Of a stretch of 64,000 nucleotides of DNA, positions 14,395-26,900 are shown piece by piece. The DNA is taken from contig CM097885.1 of NCBI GenBank assembly GCA_044892525.1, positions 50,346,001-50,410,000 on the forward strand, in the 5' to 3' direction. Under the pieces are notes generated by a model. It made no database searches. It was not told the DNA's origin and saw nothing but the letters and a program-made list of their open reading frames with translations. This stretch comes from Schmidtea polychroa (lineage: Eukaryota). Both the position numbers and the translations under genes were made by a program. Within the stretch, counting starts at the first letter, position 1, and each line of letters opens with the position of its first letter.

Positions 14395-14809
14395 ATGAAG
14401 AAATTTAAAAGATTAAAGTTTTTTATGGAGTAAGATTTTTATTTTATAATTTAACTTATTGATTAGTTCTATTCAGGTGTCTCGAATTGGTACTCAATTA
14501 TTGGGAAACCAATTTCTTGGAGTTTATCCACTGGATAAAATTCCATATTTGAGAAATAATCAAGCCATAATCGTCAATACTCATACATCTAGTTTAGGAG
14601 GTGAACATTGGATTGCTGTATATGTGAAACCAAACCGAGTATATGCATTCGATCCCTTTGGATATTATTACCCAAATTTATTAATTAGTAAATTGCAAAC
14701 TATTGGTAAACCTATTGTATATAATCGAACTCGGTATCAAAATCCATTTTCAATTACTTGTGGCCAACATTGCCTTGCATGGTTGTTATCAATGTATAAT
14801 TTTGTTTAA
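14395..14809 (+). CDS. Adenain-like cysteine protease; intron 14430-14466
   Basis: GEHWIAV, FDPFG, YQ...TCGQHCL catalytic motifs; removing a 37-nt GTAAG...TTAG intron joins an in-frame ATG (14395 or 14425) to give MDSIQVSRIG. Confidence 0.9.
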
Positions 14810-14862
14810 TAAATGTATTAAATGTCACAAGTTTATTATTATTATAATTATTATTATTATTA

Positions 14863-14935
<73 letters not shown>

Positions 14936-14977
14936 ATTATAATTATTAACTAATTTTATTATTCATATCAACAAATG

Positions 14978-15174
14978 TCATGCACTTGTATTGCATGTCT
15001 TTATGTGAGTAACAAAGACATTATTTTTTACTATGTGAGTCATCGATGACTCATTCTTTTTAAACAAAGACATGAATATGTGTGCGTTAATTTTTTCTAT
15101 CCTATCTGCATTTTGATTGGATAAACGTTACATATATAATCTATGTTTTTGTAATTCTTTTTCATTTATTCAAA
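14978..15174 (+). promoter_or_regulatory. Putative PolB promoter module
   Basis: TGCACTTGTATTGCATGTCTTTATGTGAGTA block, palindrome TGAGTCATCGATGACTCA (15036-15053), two AACAAAG, TGATTGG (CCAAT on the minus strand) and TATATAA ahead of ATG 15175. Confidence 0.5.
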
Positions 15175-18100
15175 ATGCAAAATATTTCAAATGAAATTAA
15201 GGAAATGATTCGAAGAAATCGTATGGGTAATTTTCTAATAATATGTTTCTATTTTTATTTATATTTTAGTCTACATTAATGAAAATAATGTTTCGGGAAC
15301 TTATAATTTTTCAGCAAGTAATGGAATTGAAAATAATGTTTCCGGAAATTATGGTAAATTTAATTTTTAAATTATTATTATTATTATGATTTTTTAGTAA
15401 ATAATGCTGTACACAATCTCGCGTGCAAGAAACCTAAATGTAGGTTTTTTAAAATTTTAAAATTAATATGGTTTAAATTATTATGATTTTTAAATTAATT
15501 TACTTTAAATTATTATGATTTTTTAAATTAATATGAAGTCAATTTTGTTATAAAGAAAATGAATGAAGTCAATTTTGTTATGAAACAAATAATGAAATTA
15601 ATTTTTATAAAGAAAATGAATATGTTTTTATGTAATTAAAATAACTTTAAATATAATACACTTGTGAGCAAGGGAGGGACAGAATATTTTGTCGTATAAA
15701 CTCAGATTATATAGTAATAATTTTGATAATAATACTATTTTACTTATTTTATAGGTTATAAATATCCAACCTTTTGTAACAGTGCTACACATCATGACTG
15801 TGACGATATTATGGAAAAATATTATGGTCATGAATATAAAAGTGTAACATACTTGTTATGTCCTACATGCCAAACTCTTGAAACATCGACATATACCGAA
15901 TTTTATGATAAACATCGTAATCATTTAACCCAATATATGCCTTCTAAAAAATCAGTTTTCAAAATTGCGTATCAAAAATATATATCATCAACTAATAATA
16001 GGAACACCGAAAACTTACAAAATCGACAATTAATGGAAACATCAACAAAAATCAATAATAGGACCACCAACAAAAGTATGATTATTGCCATGTTGATACA
16101 AAATCGACAATTAATGGAAACAGTCAATAGATTAATAGGAATAATAGGTAATAAAAGACATTTAGAAATTCCCACAGAAATTCCCACAAAAAAGATGAAA
16201 GAAATAATAGTCATTAGTGATGACGACGATGATGTTGTAAATAATGAAGTTGTAAATAGTGAAGTTGCAAATAGTGAAGTTATAAATAGTGAATTTGAAA
16301 ATAGTGAATTTGAAAATGGTGATGTTGTACCCCAAGTAGGTAGTGGTATAGTCGACGTAGTTTCCGACCTGAATAATTCCCATGTAATAGTTAAGTTGGA
16401 TATATCTTCCTTGAATTGTAAAATTCTTTCTGTTCCTGACGCTCTCATAGAAAAATTGTTAGAAATTGTAAATAAAATGAAATCAGTAAAAATTCAATTT
16501 TGTATTAAAGTAGAGTTTGAGAAAAATGATGAATTTCAGTCTTTCATAATCTCAAACTCTGCTCATGTATGGAGCGACACATTTATTGATGATGGTATCT
16601 CTCTTTTAAATGAAAAAATTAGTAAAATAAATGAAAAGGGAAGTAATTGGACCATCAACAAAATAGAATACATTAGTTTTATTGTGACAAAATATTCAAA
16701 GATTAGTAGGTTGAGTGGTCGTAAATATATTGAAACCCCGAAAACATTAATCAGGAAAAAATGTATAATAAATGTAAATAATGATGACGAATTTTGTTTC
16801 CTTTACTCGGTTTTGGCTCTTATAAAATATGATAGTACTCCTGATGAATTGCGTCATCTGCCTAGTTCTTATAATCTTTCAGATCTGATATATAACCCGG
16901 CAGATATGCCAATGAAATTATCAAATATCTCAAAATTTGAACGACAAAACCCAGGTTATTCAATTAATGTTTTAAGTTATGACGAAACTGGGTTAATTTT
17001 GGGTCCCATCATGAAACATCCTTTTATAGATATAATTTATCGCAGTAAAATAGTAGGAGGTACTTGTCTAAATTTGTTATTATTACAGAATCGGAAAACC
17101 TACCATTACGTCGCTATATCTGATTTAAACATCTTTCTTAATTGCCGAAATTCATCAATAAGTTCTGTTCGTATTTACTGTAAGTGGTGTCCTAGATGTC
17201 TGAATGGATTCAGATTTGAAGATAGTTTTATTAAACATCAAGGTCTTTGTGAACGAAACCAATTAGGAACCACAATGTACACACTACCAAAAGATCCATT
17301 ATTAGAATTCACAGACTATAGTAAAATGATTACTCCTCCTTTTGTTATTTATGCCGATTTTGAGGCAATCCTTCCTAAAGATTCTAAATATTATCAGAAA
17401 CATTTACCCATTTCGGCTGGACTTTTATGTATAAATAATTATACAGGCGCAAAATTTTATAAATCATTCATAGGCCTTTCTTGTATAGACGAATTTTTAA
17501 AAGAAATTAATGATATCGCTAAAAAGATTGTAACTCCCTATTATTATAAAAATAAAAATAAGAAAATGATATTCACAGAAAATGATCAAATTAATTTTAA
17601 TAACAGCACAAACTGTCATTTGTGTAAAAAATTATTAGTTAAACCAGTCCGGGATCATGATCACTTTACCGGTCAATTCCTTGGTGCTGCTTGCAACACT
17701 TGTAATCTTTCCAGGAAAATACACCACACACTACCTGTAGTCTTTCATAATTTGAGAGGGTATGATCTCCATCATATCATCAAATTTGGCTTGGCTAAAT
17801 ATAAGTCCTGGGATAGTCCAGTGACAAGTGAAAAATATTTATCTCTTTTTGTGTATATTGATTCCCTGACTGTGAAATTTATAGATTCTTGTCAGTTTCT
17901 AAATTCGTCTTTGAAAAATGCTGTCTCAACCCTTAACACATTACCTTTGACAGAATCTGAGTTTAGAGGGTCTATTATTAAGAGTAAAGGGATTTTCCCT
18001 TATGATGTAGCAACTTCCCTTGATGTATTAAGATCTACATTAGAATTGCTAACTAATCTGGCAAGAGACATCATGTAATTCCCTTTTGGATTATATGATG

Positions 18101-19636
18101 GTCTATTTGAAATTAGATGTATTTCTGTTGGCTGACTTTTTTCAGCAATTCCGAGCTAAGAGTATTGCTCATAATAGGCTTGAGCCTTTGAATTTCCTAG
18201 GTATCCCCAGTCTTTCTTGGAGTTCTGCTTTGTTAAGTCTTGATAAACCGATTGAGCTTCTCACCGACATGGAAATGTATAATTTCTTTGAAGGTAGGAT
18301 TAGAGGTGGGATAACGTTTGTGAATAAACATTTTGTTAGTAGTGATGAAAATACAGAGTTGTTGTATATTGACATCAACAACCTGTATGGATGGGCTTTA
18401 TCACAAAATCTTCCCGGCGGTGGTTTTGAATGGGTGACTGATGACATTGCTTTAGAGAGATTATTAATTGAGTGCACAACGGCAGATTTAAATCAACTTG
18501 ATTATGGCTATACTATAGAAGTAGATTTAAAAATACCGAAATCTATCCATGACAAACTAGATGATTTTCCGGTAGCTCCTGGTAAGATGTGCCCACCTTT
18601 TTCTAAAATGGAGAAGTTGCTACTTACACACGATCCGAAAACACACTATATTCTACATTGGCGACTTCTCCAAATCTTTCTTCAGTTAGGTGTTGTTGTT
18701 ACCAAGGTACATAGGGCTATTAGGTATACACAAAGCACTGTCTTCAAGAAATACATAGATACCAACACACAACTACGAGCCGCATCCATAACACCGCTCG
18801 ATAAAGACTATTACAAGTTGCTCAATAACAGTTTGTATGGAAAAACTGTTGAGAACTTGAAAAAACGTATTAACTTACGACTGTGCAATTCCGCACAAAA
18901 ACTTATCACATATGCCTCAAAACCGGCATTTAAGAAATCTACTAGGATAGACGATGATTTGATTTCGGTTTTGCTTAGGAAAGAGTCTGTATGTTTAGAT
19001 AGGCCCAGCTACATCGGGCAAACTGTACTTGATCTTTCTAAACTGAGAATGTATCAGTTGCAGTATAATGAATTGCAAAAATATCGCGATGAGTTTAACT
19101 GTGAAATTAATATAGTAGCTAGTGATACAGACTCTTTCTTTTTGGAAATTAAAAATTGTAGTCTTGACATTCTCTTACCTGCCATGATTCGTGACTCCTT
19201 GCTTGACACATCTAATTATAACCCACAACATCCTTTATATAGTGGAGCACTAGATTCCGTCATTGGAAAATTCAAAGACGAGAATAAAGGATTGAGATAT
19301 AAGGAGTGGGTGTTTCTTCGTCCCAAGTGTTACAGCTTATTAGGTGATAAAGAAACTCTTAAAGCAAAATCTGTCACGTTGAAAGATACTGGCTTAGATC
19401 ACAATTCCTATCGTGATTGTTATTTTAACAATCAGGTTTACTCTGTGCCACAATTCCGCATTGCATCCAAAAATCATCAATTGTACAGCATAAAAAACAT
19501 TAAGAAGGCGCTGACAAATAGAGATGACAAGCGGTATTGGAAATCGAATAACAAGAGTTTGGCATATGGGCATTATCGGATAGGGGACACTTTTATATAT
19601 GATGATGACGACAATTTTGACGGAGAAGATTACTGA
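15175..19636 (+). pseudogene. Protein-primed family B DNA polymerase precursor with predicted 5' exons; disrupted near 18050
   Basis: VIYADFE, RDHDHFTG..GAAC..CNL, FHNLRGYD, FIDS, KGIFPYD, YIDINNLYG, KLLNNSLYGK, DTDS, LRPKCY; three phase-1 introns (15227-15269, 15354-15397, 15440-15754) connect ATG 15175 in frame; frameshift/deletion between TLEL and IWQETSCNSLLDY. Confidence 0.9.
15657..15712 (+). repeat. ~90-bp structured module, degraded copy 6 in PolB intron 3
   Basis: CTTGTGAGCAAGGGAGGGACAGAATATTTTGTCGTATAAACTCAGATTATAT. Confidence 0.65.
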
Positions 19637-19647
19637 TCATTTCGGTA

Positions 19648-19695
<48 letters not shown>

Positions 19696-19824
19696 TTTTA
19701 TTATTAATAGTTGTCAATGAAGCCAAGATTGTAAGAAACAATCAATGCAATAGACATTTGTAAAAAAGACAATGCAAAATTGTAAATTTGTAATTTAAAT
19801 ATATTTTGTTGATTACTATTTTTC

Positions 19825-19901
<77 letters not shown>

Positions 19902-19904
19902 TTA

Positions 19905-20011
<107 letters not shown>

Positions 20012-20027
20012 TTACATAAAGACATTT

Positions 20028-20188
20028 CATGCACTTGTATTGCACTTGTATTGCATGTCTTTATGTGAGTAGAAATTACTCAGTTAGTAACAATGACTCA
20101 TCGATGAGTCATATTCAGAGAACAAAGCATCGATAATATCCAATTCTGATTGGTTAGATGTTATCGATACTTTGTACATCTTTTTCAA
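20028..20188 (+). promoter_or_regulatory. Second copy of the promoter-like module
   Basis: Same 31-bp block (20041-20071), palindrome ATGACTCATCGATGAGTCAT (20093-20112), AACAAAG and CTGATTGG inside a 19-bp-stem hairpin. Confidence 0.45.
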
Positions 20189-20377
20189 ATGAGGTAATTA
20201 TTATTTTTTATGATTTAAATTTTTTATAATGAAATTTTTTATGATTAATTTTAATTTTATTTTTTTATGAAACCAGTTTTTATGAAAACAAATTATATGA
20301 TTTATGAAATCGATTTTATGAAAAAAACTTTTTTATGAAGAAATGGGTATGTTTTTATAATTATTATTATAATAATA

Positions 20378-20458
<81 letters not shown>

Positions 20459-20762
20459 ATTATTATTCTGTAGCAACATATTCAATAATTTTTGGTTTAC
20501 CAAAAAAGAAGTCTTCTAAAAATTAGAGTCGTGTGATGAGTCTTTGTTTTAAAAATAAATGATTGGTCTTTGTTCAAAATAGTCATCGATGAGTCATACT
20601 GGGGGGGGGGGTATTGCAAAAAAAACACCCTATCTAAACTATGAGTACTAGGTGTTACAAATAGGTATTTTGTGAGTCCCCTTTGATGAAATAAAAATTT
20701 TTCCTACATGTTATTTTATTATTTAAATTGTATTTAACGACATTATTGTGTTCTCTGCGAGG

Positions 20763-21740
20763 TTATTCTAGTACAAGAGTATATGTCAAAAGTAGATTCA
20801 CACTGATATAAGTAGGGTATGAGTTAAAATTTCGAAGCTTAGGAATGAGAATTAGAAAATAACTGGAAGTTGGATCATGGTTGATCTGCTGATGAAAACC
20901 AAAAGAAACTTTGTGAACTTTTACGGATAAATGGGAACTTTTCTGAGCAAGATGACTAAATTTCGTTAAAGATCCTATTAATGTCGCTTTTGTGGTACTC
21001 TCAATCACTGTGCAAATCTCAACTACATTTTCAAATTTTCGTACTCTATTTCGTTGTTACTTTTGCTCAACTACTTCTTGCAAATTTTAGGCGCACTTCA
21101 GCGACGGACCCGTGAGGAAGCCCCCACATTTCGGCCCGAATCAGCTGCGTGATTGAAATGTTCCATGCCCACCGGCTGAGCACCCGAAGGCCCCTCACAC
21201 CATGGCAAGAAACATCTCAACTCCACGTTTCTCATGAATTTTTGTGCAGTCAAATAAAAATCAAAATAATATGTAAATCATAAGCATTTTCTACTACTAT
21301 CGCTTTAATTAAAAATATCTTAACCATCAAAATTATTAAAGTTTATTATTACTAAAAACCAAATGAAGAGAGAAATGGTATCATTACATTAAATTTACTC
21401 AAATACGTTACAAACCGAAATTACATTACTCATAAGATCATACATCCTTATCGAATTAGTTTCTAGAGGTTTTAAATCAAAAGTTTGATCTGTGGGCTGA
21501 GTTCTTTGTGCTCGAAGTTTCTATCCGTGAGTCGAATCTCAAATTGTCGAAAATTCTTAAATGTCCTGATGGTCCGTTAAATGTCGAAGATTGCTAACAC
21601 TGGTCGTAAGCTAAATGTTGCAAGTTTTAACATTTAAAAAATTTTGTAAATCCACTTACCTAAATGTTGCAAGTTTTAATATTGAGATTTTGATTTCACT
21701 GCTTGCCTTATATAGTCATTTTCTATATATGCGGACCAAT
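20763..21740 (-). pseudogene. Decayed, possibly spliced gene of unknown family
   Basis: One minus-strand frame from ATG ~21236 to 20763 with three internal stops; GTAAGT intron at 21611-21659; TATATAAG and CCAAT near 21705-21740. Confidence 0.3.
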
Positions 21741-22260
21741 CAAAATTGAGTATCGCTTAATTTTTTAATTTAATTTAATTTTGATGTTTCTTAGTTGCTT
21801 TTCTTATTTTTTCCTTATCTTTATTATATTTGTTATTTATTTCTTTAATTTTCTTATTAATTACTGAATTTTGCGTCATTTTATTCATTATTGTATTTTT
21901 TTTTCTTATCTTAATTTCTTATTTTTATTCTTTGTTTTAATTCTTATTTCTTAATTTATTATTTCTTTTGTTTCCTGAATCATGTTTATTTTAAAATTTT
22001 TTGTTTATTTTTATTTATTCATAACTATGCCTGTCCTTTTTTCCTAATTTCTTGTTTCAACTCAGCCCAACAATAGGTTATAATATTAAACCAAAATATA
22101 AAATCTTTAAGGCTATTAAGCTTTTGGACTTTTGACCTTGGTGACCATCGACACTTGTGAAACCCTGTGAGTTATGGTCTAACATGTTTTCCACTTTGAT
22201 TGCGAAACTTTAAATCATGTTTGAAAAATTCTAGATTTTGTACTCTTTGATGGTTTAGAC

Positions 22261-22645
22261 CAGACATGAGCAACCCGCGGCCCGCCGTTTATTTTGTTTA
22301 TATTAAAAAAACAGTGATTATTTTTACTCAGATAAAATTTAATTGTAATTTTTAATAATTGGTTCATAATAAATACTTTAAAGCTTGTTTTTATACTATC
22401 TTGAATTTTCAAAGAGTTTACTTTGTTTTTACCATTTAGTTATATGTAAATATAATCATATTTATATATATAATAAGCAGAGGCATAAATAAGAACTTAA
22501 AAAACGAAAATCTATCAAATGACGTTCATTTTTTCTAAAAATATCTTAGATTCTAATATTTGGATATATAATTTTATATGTGGCCCGCGGAGTTATGAAG
22601 CCTTTCCGAAGTGGCCAGCAAGATCATTTGGGTTAACCACCCCTG
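22261..22645. mobile_element. hAT (Charlie/Buster-type) MITE
   Basis: CAG...CTG imperfect TIRs, GGCCCGC subterminal motifs, 8-bp TSD GTTTAGAC. Confidence 0.85.
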
Positions 22646-23514
22646 GTTTAGACTCATCATTGTTGAACCCTCGAAGGTCTTAGTAGCATCATTATGTAGA
22701 ACACACATGACTCTATCTACAAAATAGAAATGGTTACCATAAAATGTTGGAAAACATTTGATTTTGAGGAATTTCATAATTTAAAACCCCTTTGAAAGTT
22801 TTGACTCATCATGATTTAATTCTCGATAGTCTAAGTAGTACCACAATATAGACCACATCCTATTCTATCTACACACGAAAAATTTCTTTAGCTTCCGACA
22901 TGAATTTAATTTTAAAAATATTATTTTACGGTTTTTTGATCCTCCATAAAAACCCCGAAAATAACCTTTTCAATACCCTTGATTACCTTGGATCATTCGA
23001 AACCCCCGATTAAAACCCTTCGGAATAAGTCATTGATCGTTGAAATATACCGTCAGAAACTCTCAATAATGAAATTTGAGTTAGGTAGCGGGCTCTTAAT
23101 TTTGAATTCGATTTAATCTAAATATTTTTAAAAATTTTCAAAAGTTATTCTCTATTTTTGAGTTGATCTACATAATTTTTCAAAAGATTTTCTAAGTATT
23201 TAAGTATAATTTTCAAAAATATATTTTATAGAGGGGGGTATGTGAGTTATCCTTCTAGTTAAATATACCGCTTTTATCTACATTAAACATCATGAAACTG
23301 TTTACCAAAATGATTTTCTAGTTTTTTATTTTTAAAACCACGAAAGGCCTGGGAAATTTTTTCTCCACTATTCTGCTGCTCAACGGCCATGACTGAGTTA
23401 CAAAATGGTATGAGATCTTGACCAATGACGATTTAAATTTGTTTATTGTCACAAATTATTAAAAACCTAAACACTCGTTAATAAATTTATTTATTATTAA
23501 TTAATTATCTGATG

Positions 23515-23839
23515 CAGTGGTTCTCAATTAATATAAAAGCGCAGAACACCATTCACATGATTTTATTTACATGGAACACTGACAAAAAAATACTTGCCCA
23601 CAATGAGTGACCAATCAAACGTAAACAATGCCTTCTTATAAGCAAAGAAAATACCACGCGCAACAATAACAAGCAATAAAAACACTTTTATATTTGTATG
23701 TTTATATATCTGTGTAACGGCTTTCTTATTGAATCATCTTATAAAAAACGTAATTGAGGTTTTTGATGATATGTATCTTAAATGCAAATTTAAAGATAAA
23801 ATGTTATTTTTTTCGCGGAACACGGGTTGAGAACCACTG
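23515..23839. mobile_element. hAT MITE
   Basis: TIR CAGTGGTTCTCAA/TTGAGAACCACTG; TSD ATCTGATG/ATCTGGTG. Confidence 0.88.
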
Positions 23840-23965
23840 ATCTGGTGTATAATAATTAAAATTTAAAATAATGTATAGTTAACTCTTTTTTTCTTACAAA
23901 ACAAAATTTGATAATTTATCTCGTAATGCAAAAAATCTATTCTTCTGAATTCATGATATACTGAT

Positions 23966-26900
23966 TTATGTGGCTATTTTAAAAGCTTGAAGAGCCGCTT
24001 TATCATTTTCTGACACTGGATACCATGGTTTTTCATTTGCCCTTTCATTAAGAAGCCACTTTAGTCTCTGAAAATAAATATGAAATAAATCCTTTGTACA
24101 TATTTTTCAGGTTATTTTGTAATAATGGCACGTAAAGTAAATAAAGTTATAGAAAACATATCTCCATTTCAAATAAAAGGGATACATTCAATTTTATTAT
24201 TAAAGAAAATAAATTATTATACATATTTATTATAAACAAAAATAATTATTACTGATTAAGAAAGATAATTCATTTTAACAACATTTAAAAAAGGTAAAAC
24301 GATACATAATATTTTGTATAGTGAAAAATATAATAAATAAAAAAGGTTTAATTTCAATTTTCTTCATCGCTCAAAACTTCTTTAACCTCACTCTTAGCTT
24401 TCTCCACATGTGAGTAAATTTTACGAGATTTTTATTTAATCACATTTCCTCCAAAAATGGTTTGCTCCTCTATCCATACAATTAGACACAATTAAATTCA
24501 ATTCTTCTTTGTAATTTTGATATTAATACAAATATTGTCCAAACACCTAATTAATTGATTTTACTATAATATATTGGAAGATAAATAATTATTTTTATTA
24601 ATTTAATTTATTTTAATTAGTTTTATTTTAAGAAGTTTTAAACTCTACATATACCATTAGTAGGCTTGCCAACTCTCCCGTTTTCGCCGGGAATCTCCCG
24701 GAATCGGCTTTCATCTCCCGTCTCCTGGTTAACTATGACCCGGGATATGTTAATCTCCCGTCTTTCCGTTTTTACAATTTTTCAAGAAAAAATTGCAGTT
24801 TTTGAAGTTTTAACTTTTATTTAATTTCTCTAAAATAATGATAGTCAAAATTTATCTTGCTCAAAGTCACCGGAAGTTTAAGTTGTTTGTTCGCGGAGAG
24901 ATTTTATGTTTTTTGTCTTACCCACGTTATTAGTCTGTCACTGGCAGGTTTTTCACTTTTAAAATGTAAAATTTAATATGTAAAAATAATTGTTTTGCTT
25001 AAATCTTCATGGTATTAGTCATCATATTGTTAAAATCACTAACATGTGTAAACCAAAAAAGTGAAAAAACACCTGTTATATTATTTCTTAAGCATTATAC
25101 TGTTCGCAATTTTATAATCTCCTGGGTTCGAGGTTGTGGGAGTTGGCAACCTAACCATTAGTCATGATTTCATTTTATCTATTAACACATCATGCACCTT
25201 TGCACTTATGAAACAATCAGTACAAACATTTTCTTTCAATATTTTTCACTTTTAAAAGTTTAAATTCGGCTAAAAATACATTTTTAATAATTCTAATAAT
25301 AAAACTAATTTATCTGTATTTCTAGTTGAAGCAATTAAATAAAATTTTATTTAATCCAAAAGCAATTATTTTAACAATAAATTTTATCATTTTCTAAGAA
25401 ATGTAAAAACTTTTTATTTTTAAAGTAATTTTATAATTGATAATGGTTTCATAGTATTAATTATTTATTTAAATAACTAAATATCAGTAAATTATTTGTC
25501 ATCATTTTTACTATTTATTAACTATTTTCATTTTCCTATTTCCCTTTTTTTTGTTTCCGACTATAGGTCAAAATTCGTATTAAATAAAAAGAATATTAAT
25601 CTTTAGTTTGAAATGAATAAAAAATAAATTGAAAATATTATTAAATGTAATATCGAAAAATTACTTCAACAAATGGTCTGTTAGATTTGATCAAATAGAT
25701 TCCAATAGTTATAAAAACTGAAAGTGGAACACATGACGCTATAAACCAACCTCCGGCTAATTCTGAATTTGTATAATTGTACACTTTACTGTTCACGTAA
25801 AATGTAAAAGGAGTAGTTCCCAATGTATAGATCTTATACACAAGAAATATCTAATAATAAAATAATAAATATTTATAACTATAAAAACATATAATATTAT
25901 CATGTAAGAGAAAAGAAACTTTATGTAAAATGTATAACAATCCCACATTTATGTTGATTTTTTATTCATCTTGAATAGTAATATCATATTATTAATACCA
26001 ATATTATTATTTTCATTTTCATCGTTATTTTACTATTAAATGACAGATGATCAATTAAGGTTATGAATGTAGTAAATGGTAGTGTCCATCCCTCTGAAAA
26101 ATATCTAGCTCAAATTAGAATTTTATCTAGGTCACGAAAATAAATGGTATTTACATATAAAAAATGCTTAGTTTCCATGGAAATGAGCTCCAAAGTCTCT
26201 AAATTAAAATTTAGGTCACGCTATAACATAACAACTTCTTTATTTTATGATAACCACACCATGTTATAGAATTAAAATAGTATACTTTAACACATCACGA
26301 GACAGTGAATAACATCAGCATAAAATGCCATAATATAACAAATTTCATATATTATAGAAATAAAATAATATTCTTCAACACACGGTGAAACAATGAACAA
26401 AAGCTTTAAAAAAATACTTAGAATTTTTTTTAAATAAGTAGGTCAACTCATGTACTTTAATTTGAAGGTCATCCATTTTAGTAATAAATTTTGTATATAA
26501 AAAATAATTGGAAAATCATGTAGAAAAAATCAATAAAAATACTTAAAACGTTTGATTAGACGACTTGATAAAAAAATCACACGTATAGGATACAAGAAAT
26601 TTACAAGATATTCCCAACTCAAAAAATTTCCAAAATAAATCTTGTGCAAAATCGATTAATTTACCAGAATCATTGCCCCTATTTATTTCTATATTGTTTA
26701 TACATAAGGTTGAAACAGGTAAATACATGGGATTTTCTATGGTGATTTGTACAACTTCATCGTGTTCATATTTCCAAACCCATATTGAATTCAATAAAGG
26801 AAGACTAGAAACCTTAACAATGACGGGCTCAATAATAATACTGTAAATGAACATTTGCTGATGAAGTTTAATTATTTTCGGTTTTTCTATATACCTTACA

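Noticed and set aside
14459..14466. TTG start for the protease
   Set aside because: Lies inside the predicted 37-nt intron; a spliced ATG start is available
12763..18477. Antisense ORFs (12763-13158, 15972-16448, 18169-18477 and others)
   Set aside because: Shadows of the plus-strand viral genes with no independent signal
26060..26480. Similarity to ~52795-53120
   Set aside because: Probably an old dispersed repeat; termini and TSD could not be defined
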